Part shown: positions 17,611-27,841 of the stretch, piece after piece
How the letters are laid out: every line of letters starts with the position of its first letter
Numbering within the stretch: position 1 is the first letter of the stretch
Assembly: GCA_042090785.1 (NCBI GenBank)
Contig: JBELIP010000001.1
Span: 370,796-434,795 of the forward strand
Direction: 5' to 3'
DNA from: Cellvibrionales bacterium
Lineage (GTDB): Bacteria > Pseudomonadota > Gammaproteobacteria > Pseudomonadales > UBA7434
DNA: 64,000 nt
Notes under the pieces: model-generated
What the model was told of the DNA's origin: nothing
Seen by the model: only the letters and a program-made list of their open reading frames with translations
Database searches by the model: none
Made by a program: the position numbers and the translations under genes

Positions 17611-19497
17611 TTAGCTTACTTCAGCTAAATCCCCTTTGGTTTCTAACCATTTTTTGCGATCGGCGGCGCGCTTTTTAGCTAGTAACATATCTAATAATTT
17701 TTCCGTACCGTCAGTCGCGTCAGCGGTTAGCTGCACTAGGCGACGAGTATCTGGATCCATGGTTGTTTCGCGCAATTGCAGCGGATTCATTTCGCCCAAT
17801 CCTTTAAAGCGTTGTACGTTAACTTTACCGCGTTTTTTCTCTGCCTTAATACGATCTAGCACGCCGATTTTTTCAGCCTCGTCTAAGGCATAATAAACAT
17901 TGTCGCCAATATCAATTCGGTAAAGCGGTGGCATAGCAACATAAACATGTCCTGCAGCCACTAAGGGTTTAAAGTGTCTAACAAATAAAGCGCAAATTAA
18001 TGTCGCAATATGTAAGCCGTCTGAATCGGCATCGGCTAAGATGCAAATTTTGTGATAACGCAAGCCGGTTAAATCGCTGGTTGCAGGGTCAATGCCCATG
18101 GCTACGGCAATGTTATGAATTTCATCCGAGGCTAAAATTTCTTGCGATTCAACTTCCCAAGAATTTAAAATTTTACCGCGTAAAGGAAGGATGGCTTGAA
18201 AGGCACGGTTGCGCGCTTGCTTAGCTGAGCCGCCAGCCGAATCACCCTCAACTAAAAATAATTCACCCAGTTCTGGGTCATCGCTAGAACAGTCGGCTAA
18301 CTTACCTGGTAATGCCGGCCCTTGAACAATGCGTTTACGCGCTACTTTTTTTGCTTTGCGCGAACGTGCTTGTGCACTGTTAATAGCTAACTCAGCAATT
18401 TGGTCGCCTTCTTCGGTATGCTGGTTTAACCAAAGGCCCAATGCATCTTTTGCTACACCCGATATAAAAGCCGCGCACTCACGCGATGATAAGCGTTCTT
18501 TGGTTTGGCCCGAAAATTGTGGGTCAGCAAGTTTTGCCGATAACACATAACTACAGCGGTCCCAAATATCATCGGCGGTAAGTTTTAAACCCTTGGGTAA
18601 TAAATTGCGAAACTCGCAGTACTCACGTATTGCTTCTAGCATACCGGTTCGCAAACCGTTTACATGTGTGCCACCTTGCGCTGTAGGTATTAAGTTAACA
18701 TAGCTTTCGGCAACAATTTCTCCACCATCAGGCATCCACTGCACCGCCCAATCGGCAGCCTCTGTTTCGGCAGAAAAGCTCCCCATAAAGGGTTCTTTAG
18801 GCAAGACTTCCCAGCCGCGTGTTGCTGAAACAATATAATCTCTTAAACCATCTTCATAAAACCATTCGTCTTTGTCGCCGCTTTGCTCATCAAGAAAAGT
18901 AATGCGCAGACCAGGACATAATACAGCCTTAGCGCGTAAAACATGCTGCAGGCGACGCACTGAAAATTTAATGGCATCAAAATATTGTTCGTCGGGCCAG
19001 AAGCGAACCGTCGTACCTGTATTACGCTGGCCAACAGTGCCCGTTTGCTTTAATTTACTTTTACGCTTGCCGTCAGCAAAAGAAATATTAAATTCTTTAC
19101 CGTCGCGTTTTATATCGACTTCAAGTAGCGTTGATAGCGCGTTAACTACTGAGACACCTACACCATGTAGGCCGCCAGAAAATTGATAATTTTTGTTAGA
19201 GAATTTACCACCGGCATGCAGTTTAGTAAGAATTAATTCAACGCCTGATATTTTATGTTGCGGATGAATATCGACGGGCATGCCGCGACCGTTATCGGAC
19301 GTCGATAAAGAGCCATCTTTATGAGCAATAACTTCAATGCGATCAGCAAAGCCGGCTAGGGCTTCATCGACAGAGTTGTCGATAATCTCTTGCGCCAAGT
19401 GGTTGGGTCGTTGAGTATCAGTATACATCCCCGGACGTTTGCGAACGGGCTCTAAACCGGTTAAGACTTCAATGGAATCGGCGTTATAATCTGTCAT
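17611..19497 (-). CDS. parE: DNA topoisomerase IV subunit B
   Basis: 628 aa. It has a GHKL ATPase N-terminus and a TOPRIM domain with EGDSAGGS. The yqiB-cpdA-yqiA-parE context matches E. coli. Confidence 0.92.
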   Translation of the reverse strand: MTDYNADSIEVLTGLEPVRKRPGMYTDTQRPNHLAQEIIDNSVDEALAGFADRIEVIAHKDGSLSTSDNGRGMPVDIHPQHKISGVELILTKLHAGGKFSNKNYQFSGGLHGVGVSVVNALSTLLEVDIKRDGKEFNISFADGKRKSKLKQTGTVGQRNTGTTVRFWPDEQYFDAIKFSVRRLQHVLRAKAVLCPGLRITFLDEQSGDKDEWFYEDGLRDYIVSATRGWEVLPKEPFMGSFSAETEAADWAVQWMPDGGEIVAESYVNLIPTAQGGTHVNGLRTGMLEAIREYCEFRNLLPKGLKLTADDIWDRCSYVLSAKLADPQFSGQTKERLSSRECAAFISGVAKDALGLWLNQHTEEGDQIAELAINSAQARSRKAKKVARKRIVQGPALPGKLADCSSDDPELGELFLVEGDSAGGSAKQARNRAFQAILPLRGKILNSWEVESQEILASDEIHNIAVAMGIDPATSDLTGLRYHKICILADADSDGLHIATLICALFVRHFKPLVAAGHVYVAMPPLYRIDIGDNVYYALDEAEKIGVLDRIKAEKKRGKVNVQRFKGLGEMNPLQLRETTMDPDTRRLVQLTADATDGTEKLLDMLLAKKRAADRKKWLETKGDLAEVS

Positions 19498-19583
19498 AAA
19501 TAATTAACTGTTTCACTCAAAGTAATATAAAAATAGTCGGTTGAAAATTGGTTAGCTCTAGCCTACTTTCATCAGGTAGCAGA

Positions 19584-20153
19584 CTAAGGCAACGCTAAAA
19601 AATTAGCTATTGCTGGCAGCCATTGATCATAACCGATAAAGCTATGATTGCCGCCGTACTCAATAATAGATTGGCTACCCCGGTAGAAGTGAGTTGCTTC
19701 TCTATAATCCAATGTTTCATCTGCCGTTTGAACCATCACCAAGCGTTTTTTTGCTTCGGCTGTTGGCGCCACGGCTATGGCCCGTAACTCTACCATATGT
19801 TGTGTGGTTAACGTGTATGTTTCCCCGGTATAGTCATTGCTTTGTGGCCCAAGGTAAGCTTTTAATAATTGGTCGGGGTAGACGGCTGGATTCACTAGCA
19901 CTGCTTTGCAGCCATATTGCTCAACAAAAAAATTTGCATAGTAACCGCCTAAAGAGCTACCGATAATAACGGGTTCTTCAAGTTCATCGATTAATGCTGT
20001 TATTTGCGCTATCGCTTTTGCCGGCGCAAAAGAAAGCTGCGGCACTAAACACTGAACTTCTGGGTGATATTTACCCATAAATTGCAGTGTTAGCTGCGCT
20101 TTATGCGACAGAGGGGAGCTGTTATAGCCATGCAGATAGATCAGCGTTTTCAA
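19584..20153 (-). CDS. yqiA: YqiA-family esterase
   Basis: 189 aa. LIYLHGYNSSP...GSSLGGYYA...GGNHSF is colinear with E. coli YqiA. Confidence 0.85.
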   Translation of the reverse strand: MKTLIYLHGYNSSPLSHKAQLTLQFMGKYHPEVQCLVPQLSFAPAKAIAQITALIDELEEPVIIGSSLGGYYANFFVEQYGCKAVLVNPAVYPDQLLKAYLGPQSNDYTGETYTLTTQHMVELRAIAVAPTAEAKKRLVMVQTADETLDYREATHFYRGSQSIIEYGGNHSFIGYDQWLPAIANFLALP

Positions 20154-20214
20154 TAGATATCCCTAAAACAGACCTTTCAAAACAGGCAAAGAAAAACCGC
20201 AATGCAGTTAACCA

Positions 20215-21063
20215 TTAATAGCCTTGAGAGTTGTAGTCGACATCAAGATTGACATTTTGCAGCCTAGCAATGTCAGATTCTAAGCGCCCATCGGCATGTA
20301 AATCTAACCAACGATAGCCGGGCGCGCATTCATCTAACTTAAAGCCTGGGCTATTAGGTGCAAATTGAATACAGGTTGAGGGTGCCGAGAGTAATTTAAC
20401 ATCGGGCAACCTTGCATCTTGTGTGCTAAAAGCTTGATGGACATGACCCCAAATTACGCCACGTAATCGAGGCTCTTTAGCAAGAATGGCGATGAGGGCA
20501 TCGCTATCTGCAACTTGTTGTTCGTCTAACCATTCACAGCCAATGGAGACTGGCTGATGATGCAAACACACTAACACATGCTCGGCATTGGGCGCGGCTT
20601 TAAGCAATGGCTCTATGCGTGCTAATTCTTGCTCACCTAATTCGCCGCCAACTTGGCCGGGTACGGCAGAATCTAACATAAGAATTAACCAACTACCGAG
20701 GGTAACGGCTCTTGGCATACAGGCTTCGCCTACGGTATTCACCATTAACTCACGCGAATCATGGTTGCCGGCTAACCAGGCATTAGGAATGTCGAGTGCC
20801 TGTAGTTTATCGAATAGGCGTATGTAGGCTTCTTGAGAGCCATGATTGGAAAGGTCGCCAGTGGCCAATAACAGTTCGGCTGAGGTTTGTTCGGCTTTTA
20901 ATTGACTAAGGACGTAATCGAGACTGGCATCAGTATCCATGCCCACCAGTTGTTCGCCCGCTTCTTTACCCAAATGACAATCAGTAATTTGCAGCACCCG
21001 TATTGGTTTGCTGGCATCTCTAACGATAACGTTAAGGGTTGAATGATTGTTGTTTTCCGTCAT
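20215..21063 (-). CDS. cpdA: 3',5'-cyclic-nucleotide phosphodiesterase CpdA
   Basis: 282 aa. Calcineurin-like metallophosphoesterase motifs are present (QITDCHL, GDLSNHG, GNHD, GHVH). Confidence 0.85.
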   Translation of the reverse strand: MTENNNHSTLNVIVRDASKPIRVLQITDCHLGKEAGEQLVGMDTDASLDYVLSQLKAEQTSAELLLATGDLSNHGSQEAYIRLFDKLQALDIPNAWLAGNHDSRELMVNTVGEACMPRAVTLGSWLILMLDSAVPGQVGGELGEQELARIEPLLKAAPNAEHVLVCLHHQPVSIGCEWLDEQQVADSDALIAILAKEPRLRGVIWGHVHQAFSTQDARLPDVKLLSAPSTCIQFAPNSPGFKLDECAPGYRWLDLHADGRLESDIARLQNVNLDVDYNSQGY

Positions 21064-21080
21064 AACCTTGGTGCTCTAGC

Positions 21081-21668
21081 TCAGGTTCTTAGTGTTCGAT
21101 CGCCCACCAATAAGGTGTTAGCGATTGGCGATATAGATTGTTGTTTTGAGGGCAGCTCGGCTGGTAGTTCTGAGCTTATCGATTGGGCTAGCGTAGAAGA
21201 GATGCAATGACTACTCATGCCGTGTTTTAAGCAAAGGCCTAGCCACTCGCTTAAAAAACGATTTTGCTGCGCTTTTTCATCGGGCTGAAACATAAGCTTA
21301 TTGGGATATTCGTAACTCGCTAAGCGGTTAGGTTTATGATTACAAGCAATAACCTCTGCCATATTGACATCATGATAAAGCCTAACTGACATGTTAACGC
21401 AACCGGCCTGACCTTCAATATCCCCAAAGCTATCAATGAATACTTGTAGGTTAACCATAGTGGTAAATCGGCAGCGTTCAGAAATTGAAAGCGTTAATTT
21501 AGCGGGTTTATTAGTTGCTAAATCAATATTAAGGGTGAGCGTGTCTGTTGCTGAATCAGCATTTGAATCCTTACATACGATAGACGGCATTATGCGACAA
21601 AGGCGCACATAATTTGCCTCGCAATCAGCCATCATCATTTTTATGTCAAAACGGTATTTTTTTTTCAA
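21081..21668 (-). CDS. yqiB: DUF1249 protein YqiB
   Basis: 195 aa. It has the CEANYVRL motif near the N-terminus and sits upstream of cpdA. Confidence 0.7.
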   Translation of the reverse strand: MKKKYRFDIKMMMADCEANYVRLCRIMPSIVCKDSNADSATDTLTLNIDLATNKPAKLTLSISERCRFTTMVNLQVFIDSFGDIEGQAGCVNMSVRLYHDVNMAEVIACNHKPNRLASYEYPNKLMFQPDEKAQQNRFLSEWLGLCLKHGMSSHCISSTLAQSISSELPAELPSKQQSISPIANTLLVGDRTLRT

Positions 21669-21999
21669 TTCAGCTCTTTAATGCTTTGTTAATTACACTA
21701 AGGTGTTTTTTCGCCCATTTATTACAACTGCTACGGCAACCTAGCTCAACCACCATGTTTTACGCATTGAAGAGTAAAGATAGTTGCACATTGAGTACAT
21801 AGCGAAGGAGGCGTAAATTGTAACAATATTATGGCTAACAAAGAGCTATGCTTGTGCAAAATACCTGACTCTTGCCATACAATTTGGGTATTAACATGGC
21901 TTAAGCTAATGCTTAGCTTGTTACATGAAACTTCGTTACATACGATAGGTCTGTTAGACTGCTAAATGCTTTATCTGCAAACACAAACAGGATGCTTTA

Positions 22000-23439
22000 A
22001 TGTTGCTTCGTTTATTATCAAAAATATCACTTAATGCAATTTTTTTATCGGTTACTGCCATAGGTTACAGTGGTCTGTCACAAGCGGACAGTTTGGTAGA
22101 TGTTTATGAACTCGCGTTAATAAATGACCCTACATTGCAGGCTGCCGAAGCAAGCTTTAAAGCGGGCCAAGAAATTAAAGCGCAGGCAATTTCACAATTG
22201 TTACCACAGATTAATGGTAGTGCGAGCTATTCCGAGTCGGATCGTACAAGCAGTAATAAACAATATTTTTCAGAGAGTTTTTCTCCGCCAGCTACCAACT
22301 TAGATTCAGACACTGAAACAACGGCTTACTCAATTTCGTTGACACAAAACTTATTTAATTTGTCTGCTTTTTTTGCTTTTAAGCAAAGCACTGCATTATC
22401 GCGGCAAGCGGAATTGCAATTTAGTATTGATCAGCAGTCTTTAATATTACGCAGTGCCAACACTTACTTTAATGTGCTTCGTAGCAAGGATAATCTTACT
22501 TCTGCAAAAGCCGAAGAAAAAGCCATTAAGCAACAGCTTGAACAAACGCAGCAGCGTTACGATGTTGGGTTAATTGCGATTACCGATGTTCATGAGGCGC
22601 GCGCTGCTTTTGATCTTGCCGTAGCTAATCGTCTAACTGAAGAGGTGAGTCTTGGTATCGCCTATGAAAGCTTGGCAGCGCTTACTGGTCAGCAGCCCCA
22701 GCAGCACAGCAACTTGTATAATTTATCAGACGATTTTAAAACGAATAAACCACAGCCAGAAACAGCTCAGGCGTGGGTGAATTTTGCCGCCGAAAATAAC
22801 TTAAATATTAAATTAGCTGAACAAATCGCTGAGGCATCGAATCAAAATGCTAATGTGAAAAAATCAATGCATGCGCCAACAGTGCAAGCGGTTTTACGTT
22901 ATGACGATAGTTCAAGCGATACCATATTGTCAGATAATAATTCTAGTGCTGAAATTCCAGATACATTTTCTAATTTAAACGGTTCTTCTATTGAGGTTCG
23001 ATTAAACGTACCTATTTGGGAAGGGGGTTTGAAGCATTCGCAGCGCCGTCAAGCAGGTTATGAGCAGGTGCGTGATCAGGCTAATCTTGTTGCTGCTAAA
23101 AGAACTGCCTTTAGAGAAGCGCGCTCAAGTTACTTAATTACCGTTGCCGATACTGCAAGAGTAAATGCGCGCAAGCTTGCTATTACTTCGGCGCTAAGTG
23201 CTTTAGATGCTACACAGGCAGGTTATGATGCGGGTACGCGCAATATTGTTGACTTACTCAATGCGCAGCGTGATTTATTTCGTGCGCAGCGCGACCATGC
23301 TAATACGCGTTATGATTATGTGATTAACTCGTTAAAATTAAAGCAGGCAGCAGGCACTTTAAACCCACAAGATATTTATGATTTGAATCAATGGCTGGTT
23401 GCGCCTGGCGCTGTATTGAAAAGCGAAACAGTGAATTGA
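22000..23439 (+). CDS. tolC: outer membrane efflux channel TolC
   Basis: 479 aa. It has a signal peptide and the two-repeat OEP architecture (LVDVYELALINDPTLQAAEA...). It is divergent from the parE cluster, as in E. coli. Confidence 0.85.
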   Translation: MLLRLLSKISLNAIFLSVTAIGYSGLSQADSLVDVYELALINDPTLQAAEASFKAGQEIKAQAISQLLPQINGSASYSESDRTSSNKQYFSESFSPPATNLDSDTETTAYSISLTQNLFNLSAFFAFKQSTALSRQAELQFSIDQQSLILRSANTYFNVLRSKDNLTSAKAEEKAIKQQLEQTQQRYDVGLIAITDVHEARAAFDLAVANRLTEEVSLGIAYESLAALTGQQPQQHSNLYNLSDDFKTNKPQPETAQAWVNFAAENNLNIKLAEQIAEASNQNANVKKSMHAPTVQAVLRYDDSSSDTILSDNNSSAEIPDTFSNLNGSSIEVRLNVPIWEGGLKHSQRRQAGYEQVRDQANLVAAKRTAFREARSSYLITVADTARVNARKLAITSALSALDATQAGYDAGTRNIVDLLNAQRDLFRAQRDHANTRYDYVINSLKLKQAAGTLNPQDIYDLNQWLVAPGAVLKSETVN

Positions 23440-23451
23440 GCTAAGTAGTCA

Positions 23452-24762
23452 TTAGCTATTCATTAGCGATGCAATAAAAGTCAGTAATTTTTGTTTTGCG
23501 CCATGGTTGTCATTAATCACTTGGCGTGCAGCTGCGCTGCCAAGTGTTAATTGTTTCGATTCTTTTAATAATTGCAAAACAGCAATAGAAAGTTGTTTTT
23601 CATCATCGACAATTTGTAATGCGCCAGCTTGCTCTAGACGTTCAGTCACTTCAGAAAAATTAAACGTATGCGGTCCTGATAAAACAGGAATGCCCCAGGC
23701 TACGGGTTCAATCGTATTATGGCCTCCAGTAGCCACTAAGCTGCCGCCAACAAAAGCGATATCTGAAACACCATAAAACATAAGCAGCTGACCAATGCTA
23801 TCAATGAGTAAAACATTGGTTTCTGCTGCAGGCAATTGTGTTGACGAATGACGATGCAGTTTAAAATTTTGCGCTTCAATGAGTTGTGCAACATCATCAA
23901 AACGTTCTAAGTGTCTGGGGACGATAATTAATAATGCATTGGGGTTTTGTTTTAAAACTTTTTTATGCGCACTGAGAATGTATTCGTCTTCACCCTTGTG
24001 CGTACTTGCAGCTATCCAAATAAATTTTTTTTGTGCTTCGTCTGTGAGTTGTGTCTTGTAAGCTTTAGCGGCGTCAATTAAGTCTGGTGCAAGTTCAATA
24101 TCAAATTTAATACTACCAGTTATCTGCAGTTGTTGTGACGGCAGACCTAAAGACAAATAATGCTCTGCATCTTTTTGGTACTGAGTGGCAACGTGTATGT
24201 CGCGCATCATTACTTCGCTTAACCAAGCTATACGCTGATAACCTTTTGCCGACTTCGCCGACATGCGGGCATTGGCAACCACAACAGGAATGTCCATACA
24301 TTTACATAAAAAAAGGGTAACAGGCCATAACTCTGTTTCCATCACAATATGCAGGCAAGGCTTTATGCGACGAAGAAAGTAGCTAATAAATAATGGCCAG
24401 TCGTAGGGTGCATAGACATGGAATATATTGTCGTCCATGCTACTCCCCAGCATTTCAACAAGCCGAGCCGAGCCGGTCGGTGTTGTTGTTGTCACTGTAA
24501 TAGGCAGCGTAGGATACTGTTGTCGTAATGCATTAATAACCGGTACGGCGGCAATGACTTCGCCCACTGATACGGCATGAAGCCAAATACCGCCGGCTGT
24601 TGGTTTGGTTGATGATAGTCCTAGGCGTTCGCTCATTCGAGTTCGATAGGCGGGCGCTTTGATTGAGCGCCAGAGCAGGCGGACAAAAAACAGCGGCAAA
24701 AAACAGCTAAATAGCAAAATATACAAGCTGAGTGACAATGCGCTTTTAGCTTTTTGGGTCAT
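23452..24762 (-). CDS. waaA: 3-deoxy-D-manno-octulosonic acid (Kdo) transferase
   Basis: I trimmed the start to the ATG at 24762 (MTQKAKS...), so that the N-terminal TM helix plus RLLWRSIKAPAYRTRMSERLG aligns with the WaaA N-terminus. The remainder is a GT30 fold. Confidence 0.85.
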   Translation of the reverse strand: MTQKAKSALSLSLYILLFSCFLPLFFVRLLWRSIKAPAYRTRMSERLGLSSTKPTAGGIWLHAVSVGEVIAAVPVINALRQQYPTLPITVTTTTPTGSARLVEMLGSSMDDNIFHVYAPYDWPLFISYFLRRIKPCLHIVMETELWPVTLFLCKCMDIPVVVANARMSAKSAKGYQRIAWLSEVMMRDIHVATQYQKDAEHYLSLGLPSQQLQITGSIKFDIELAPDLIDAAKAYKTQLTDEAQKKFIWIAASTHKGEDEYILSAHKKVLKQNPNALLIIVPRHLERFDDVAQLIEAQNFKLHRHSSTQLPAAETNVLLIDSIGQLLMFYGVSDIAFVGGSLVATGGHNTIEPVAWGIPVLSGPHTFNFSEVTERLEQAGALQIVDDEKQLSIAVLQLLKESKQLTLGSAAARQVINDNHGAKQKLLTFIASLMNS

Positions 24763-24905
24763 GGTTTGTTTGGGTTTGATATCGGCGCTCACAATAAAAA
24801 GGTCCAAATAATGCCGTAGCGAATAAGGCACAGGAGTATAGCCGCGACTTAGCTGCAGAAACTAGCCAACAAATCCTATTGTTCAGCATACTTTGGCATA
24901 CAAAA

Positions 24906-24956
24906 GGCACCATAATAGTGCATATATGGTCTACAATAGTGCGCTGTTGTGGTGCT
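24906..24956. promoter_or_regulatory. two NtrC-like enhancer sites upstream of glnA
   Basis: gGCACCataatAGTGCA is at 24906-24922 and TGCGCTgttgtGGTGCT at 24940-24956, compared with TGCACC-N5-GGTGCA. They lie 70-120 bp upstream of the sigma-54 promoter. Confidence 0.6.
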
Positions 24957-25023
24957 TGGCCATGTCCCTAGAATTTATAATATAAAAATCAATAACTTAC
25001 ATTTTAGAATTTTTTGTTCAAGT

Positions 25024-25039
25024 TGGTACAGCTGTTGCA
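25024..25039 (+). promoter_or_regulatory. sigma-54 (-24/-12) promoter, glnAp2-like
   Basis: TGGTACAGCTGTTGCA compared with TGGCAC-N5-TTGCA, with correct GG/GC spacing. Confidence 0.7.
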
Positions 25040-25283
25040 CTAACATTTATGTGCAAAGACTGATCTATTCGCAATGATTACAGCCTTTTATTAAGAGAAG
25101 AATATCTTTTCGGTCTGTAATCAGTATAAAATCGCCGTCCTTTTGTTAAGTCGTATGAAAATAACATGGCTAAACGAGCGCAGGCTTATGCCGATTGGCT
25201 GATGAGAATATAAAAGTAGCTTGCAAAGAAGATTTCTATTTAACAAAACCACCCTAAAACAGGGTTAGTCCGGAGGATTTAAA

Positions 25284-26690
25284 ATGTCAGAGAACACTCT
25301 GAAGTTAATAAAAGAAAATGAAGTAACCTGGGTAGATCTCCGGTTCACTGATACTAAAGGTAAAGAGCAGCATGTTTCTATTCCTTCTAGTGAAGTTGAT
25401 GAAGGCTTTTTTGAAGACGGCAAAATGTTTGATGGTTCATCAATCGCTGGCTGGAAAGGCATTAACGAGTCAGACATGATTCTGATGCCTGATGATGAAA
25501 CGGCGGTAATGGATCCCTTTACTGATGAAGCAACATTAAACTTACGTTGTACTATTGTTGAACCGACTACAGGTCAAGGTTACGAGCGCGACCCACGTTC
25601 TGTTGCCTTGCGTGCTGAAGAGTATATGCGTTCAACAGGTATTGCAGACACCGTATTGTTTGGGCCAGAGCCTGAGTTTTTCGTATTTGACGATGTGAAA
25701 TGGCATGCTGAAATGTCAGGTGCAGGTTACGCAATTAATTCTGAAGAAGCGGCTTGGTCAAGCAACAAGTCATATGAAGATGGCAACACAGGTCACCGAC
25801 CTGGTGTTAAAGGCGGTTACTTCCCAGTACCACCAGTCGATTCTTTACATGATGTACGTGGCGCAATGTGTGGCGCGATGGCGGACATGGGTTTAGAGAT
25901 TGAAGTTCATCACCACGAAGTAGGTACAGCTGGTCAATGTGAAATTGGCGTTGGCGCTAACACCTTAACTAAGAAAGCTGATGAAGTTCAGATTCTTAAA
26001 TACTGCACACACAACGTTGCACATGCTTATGGCAAAACAGCAACGTTTATGCCTAAGCCTTTAGTGGGTGATAACGGTAGTGGAATGCATTGTCACCAAT
26101 CATTGTCGAAAGACGGTGTTAACTTAATGGCTGGCGATTTGTACGGTGGTTTATCTGAAACGGCATTGTTCTATATTGGTGGTGTTATTAAGCATGCTAA
26201 AGCAATTAATGCATTTGCTAACGCGTCCACTAACTCTTACAAGCGTCTTGTACCGGGTTTTGAAGCACCTGTTATGTTGGCTTACTCTGCACGTAACCGT
26301 TCTGCATCAATCCGTATTCCTTTTGTTCCAAATCCAAAAGGTCGTCGTATTGAAGTTCGTTTCCCTGATCCAACAGCTAACCCTTACTTATGCTTTACTG
26401 CATTGTTAATGGCTGGCCTTGATGGTATCAAAAACAAGATTCACCCAGGTGAAGCAGCGGATAAAGATCTTTATGACTTGCCTGCTGAAGAAGCTGCGGC
26501 AATCCCAACCGTTGCGTCTTCTCTTGAAGAAGCGCTTTCTGCACTTGATGCGGATCGTGAGTTCTTGACTGCGGGTGGTGTTATGAGCAACGATACTATC
26601 GATGCTTATATTGCGCTTAAGCAGGGAGAAGTTGAGAAGTTGAATATGACAACTCACCCTGTTGAATTTGGCATGTACTATTCTTGCTAA
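25284..26690 (+). CDS. glnA: glutamine synthetase type I
   Basis: 468 aa with canonical GSI motifs, including the adenylylation-loop region KDLYDLP. GGAGGA lies upstream of the ATG. Confidence 0.95.
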   Translation: MSENTLKLIKENEVTWVDLRFTDTKGKEQHVSIPSSEVDEGFFEDGKMFDGSSIAGWKGINESDMILMPDDETAVMDPFTDEATLNLRCTIVEPTTGQGYERDPRSVALRAEEYMRSTGIADTVLFGPEPEFFVFDDVKWHAEMSGAGYAINSEEAAWSSNKSYEDGNTGHRPGVKGGYFPVPPVDSLHDVRGAMCGAMADMGLEIEVHHHEVGTAGQCEIGVGANTLTKKADEVQILKYCTHNVAHAYGKTATFMPKPLVGDNGSGMHCHQSLSKDGVNLMAGDLYGGLSETALFYIGGVIKHAKAINAFANASTNSYKRLVPGFEAPVMLAYSARNRSASIRIPFVPNPKGRRIEVRFPDPTANPYLCFTALLMAGLDGIKNKIHPGEAADKDLYDLPAEEAAAIPTVASSLEEALSALDADREFLTAGGVMSNDTIDAYIALKQGEVEKLNMTTHPVEFGMYYSC

Positions 26691-26705
26691 GTTTTATTGT
26701 GTGAT

Positions 26706-26741
26706 AAAAACCCGGTAACGCGAGTTATCGGGTTTTTTTTT
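26706..26741 (+). terminator. rho-independent terminator after glnA
   Basis: CCCGGTAAC-gcga-GTTATCGGG followed by a T9 run. Confidence 0.85.
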
Positions 26742-26800
26742 GGTTTTTGGTTTTTGGTTTTTGGTTTGAAGGTCAAGGTCAAAACCATAACCATAAAAAA
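26733..26800. repeat. GGTTTTT x4 run plus a truncated copy of the GGTCAAGGTCAA REP-like element
   Basis: tttttttttggtttttggtttttggtttttggtttgaaGGTCAAGGTCAAAACCataaccat. It shares GGTCAAGGTCAA(A/C)A with the copies at 34105 and 42618. Confidence 0.6.
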
Positions 26801-26802
26801 AC

Positions 26803-27663
26803 TTAATTCAAGCTAGCCTGAATAAACCCTGCCAATCGTTCTGTTGCCTCCGACCCCCCGCGTCGCTCATACAGCAAACTAATATCAATACTACCAAGAT
26901 CCGGTAATGAATCATTTTTACCATAGTGATCTAAAATAATTAACCCCTCAGGTACTGTACTCTCAGTGAGCACAGTCACCCCCAAGCCTTCCTTAATGGC
27001 AGCTTGAATACCTGACAAATCAGGATTGGTATGAATAATACGCCATGGTCGTTTGATCTTATCTAACACACGCAATGCCCGTTTGCGATAAAGACAGCCA
27101 TCTTGAGCGAGAATAAGAGGGAGAGCATCATGACGATCGTTACGGTGCTCTTTGCTGCCAACCCAAACCAACTTGTCTGATTTAATAAGCCCTTTACGAC
27201 GAGCCGAGGGCTTGTCATGTAACCCTAGAATAAGGTCATATTGGTCACGCTGCGGCTCGGAAAGTAAATTACGACTTAAGTCACTAAAAATCTCCAGCGC
27301 AACAAATGGGTAGGACTGTGAAAAACGACCAATGATTTTTGGTAACAAGGTCGTGGCGAATTCACTGGGAATACCAAGTCTTATTTGCCCCGCAAGCTCT
27401 GGTTGAGTGAATTGGCTAATCAGTTGATCGTTTAGCGCTAAAATCTGTTTGGCTGAGTCGTAAATACTAACCCCAGCATCCGAAAGCTTTAACTGCTTGT
27501 TATAACGCAAGAAAATTTCAGTATCGAGGGCCTCTTCTAATTTTTTTATCTGTAAACTTATAGCTGGCTGAGACCTGCCAAGATGATCTGCCGCATGCGT
27601 GACACCACCAAAATCTGCTGTGGTAATAAACGCGCGCAGGGAATCCATCGATAAATTTCTCAT
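26803..27663 (-). CDS. LysR-family transcriptional regulator
   Basis: 286 aa. It has an N-terminal wHTH (LRAFITTADFGGVTHAADHLGRSQPAISLQIKKLE) and is divergent from gcvT. Confidence 0.85.
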   Translation of the reverse strand: MRNLSMDSLRAFITTADFGGVTHAADHLGRSQPAISLQIKKLEEALDTEIFLRYNKQLKLSDAGVSIYDSAKQILALNDQLISQFTQPELAGQIRLGIPSEFATTLLPKIIGRFSQSYPFVALEIFSDLSRNLLSEPQRDQYDLILGLHDKPSARRKGLIKSDKLVWVGSKEHRNDRHDALPLILAQDGCLYRKRALRVLDKIKRPWRIIHTNPDLSGIQAAIKEGLGVTVLTESTVPEGLIILDHYGKNDSLPDLGSIDISLLYERRGGSEATERLAGFIQASLN

Positions 27664-27726
27664 ATTTAAATTCCAAATATATTTATCAGAACTATTAATT
27701 TAACAAATACAGGTCATTAAAGCTAG

Positions 27727-27746
27727 AATAGCGTCTTGACGCTATT
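27727..27746. promoter_or_regulatory. perfect 9+2+9 palindrome AATAGCGTC-TT-GACGCTATT, candidate LysR operator
   Basis: Read directly. It lies in the 178-bp divergent spacer between the LysR gene and gcvT. Confidence 0.5.
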
Positions 27747-27841
27747 AAACCCCAAAGATAAAGAGCTGTTTTCGCAGTTTATGCGTACTAACAGTATTTA
27801 TTATTTTTATTGATAACACCTTATTTATTGAGACATTAACT

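Noticed and set aside
26733-26800. Short direct repeats (GGTTTTT x4, GGTCAA x2, AACCAT x2) considered as a possible CRISPR-like array.
   Set aside because: The units are 6-7 bp with no spacers, and no cas genes are present. This is a simple-sequence tract attached to the REP-like element.
27664-27841. A glycine riboswitch upstream of gcvT.
   Set aside because: None of the conserved glycine-aptamer segments (GGAGAG...CACCG...GGGCAA...CTCAGG) occur here. The region instead carries a protein-operator-like palindrome.
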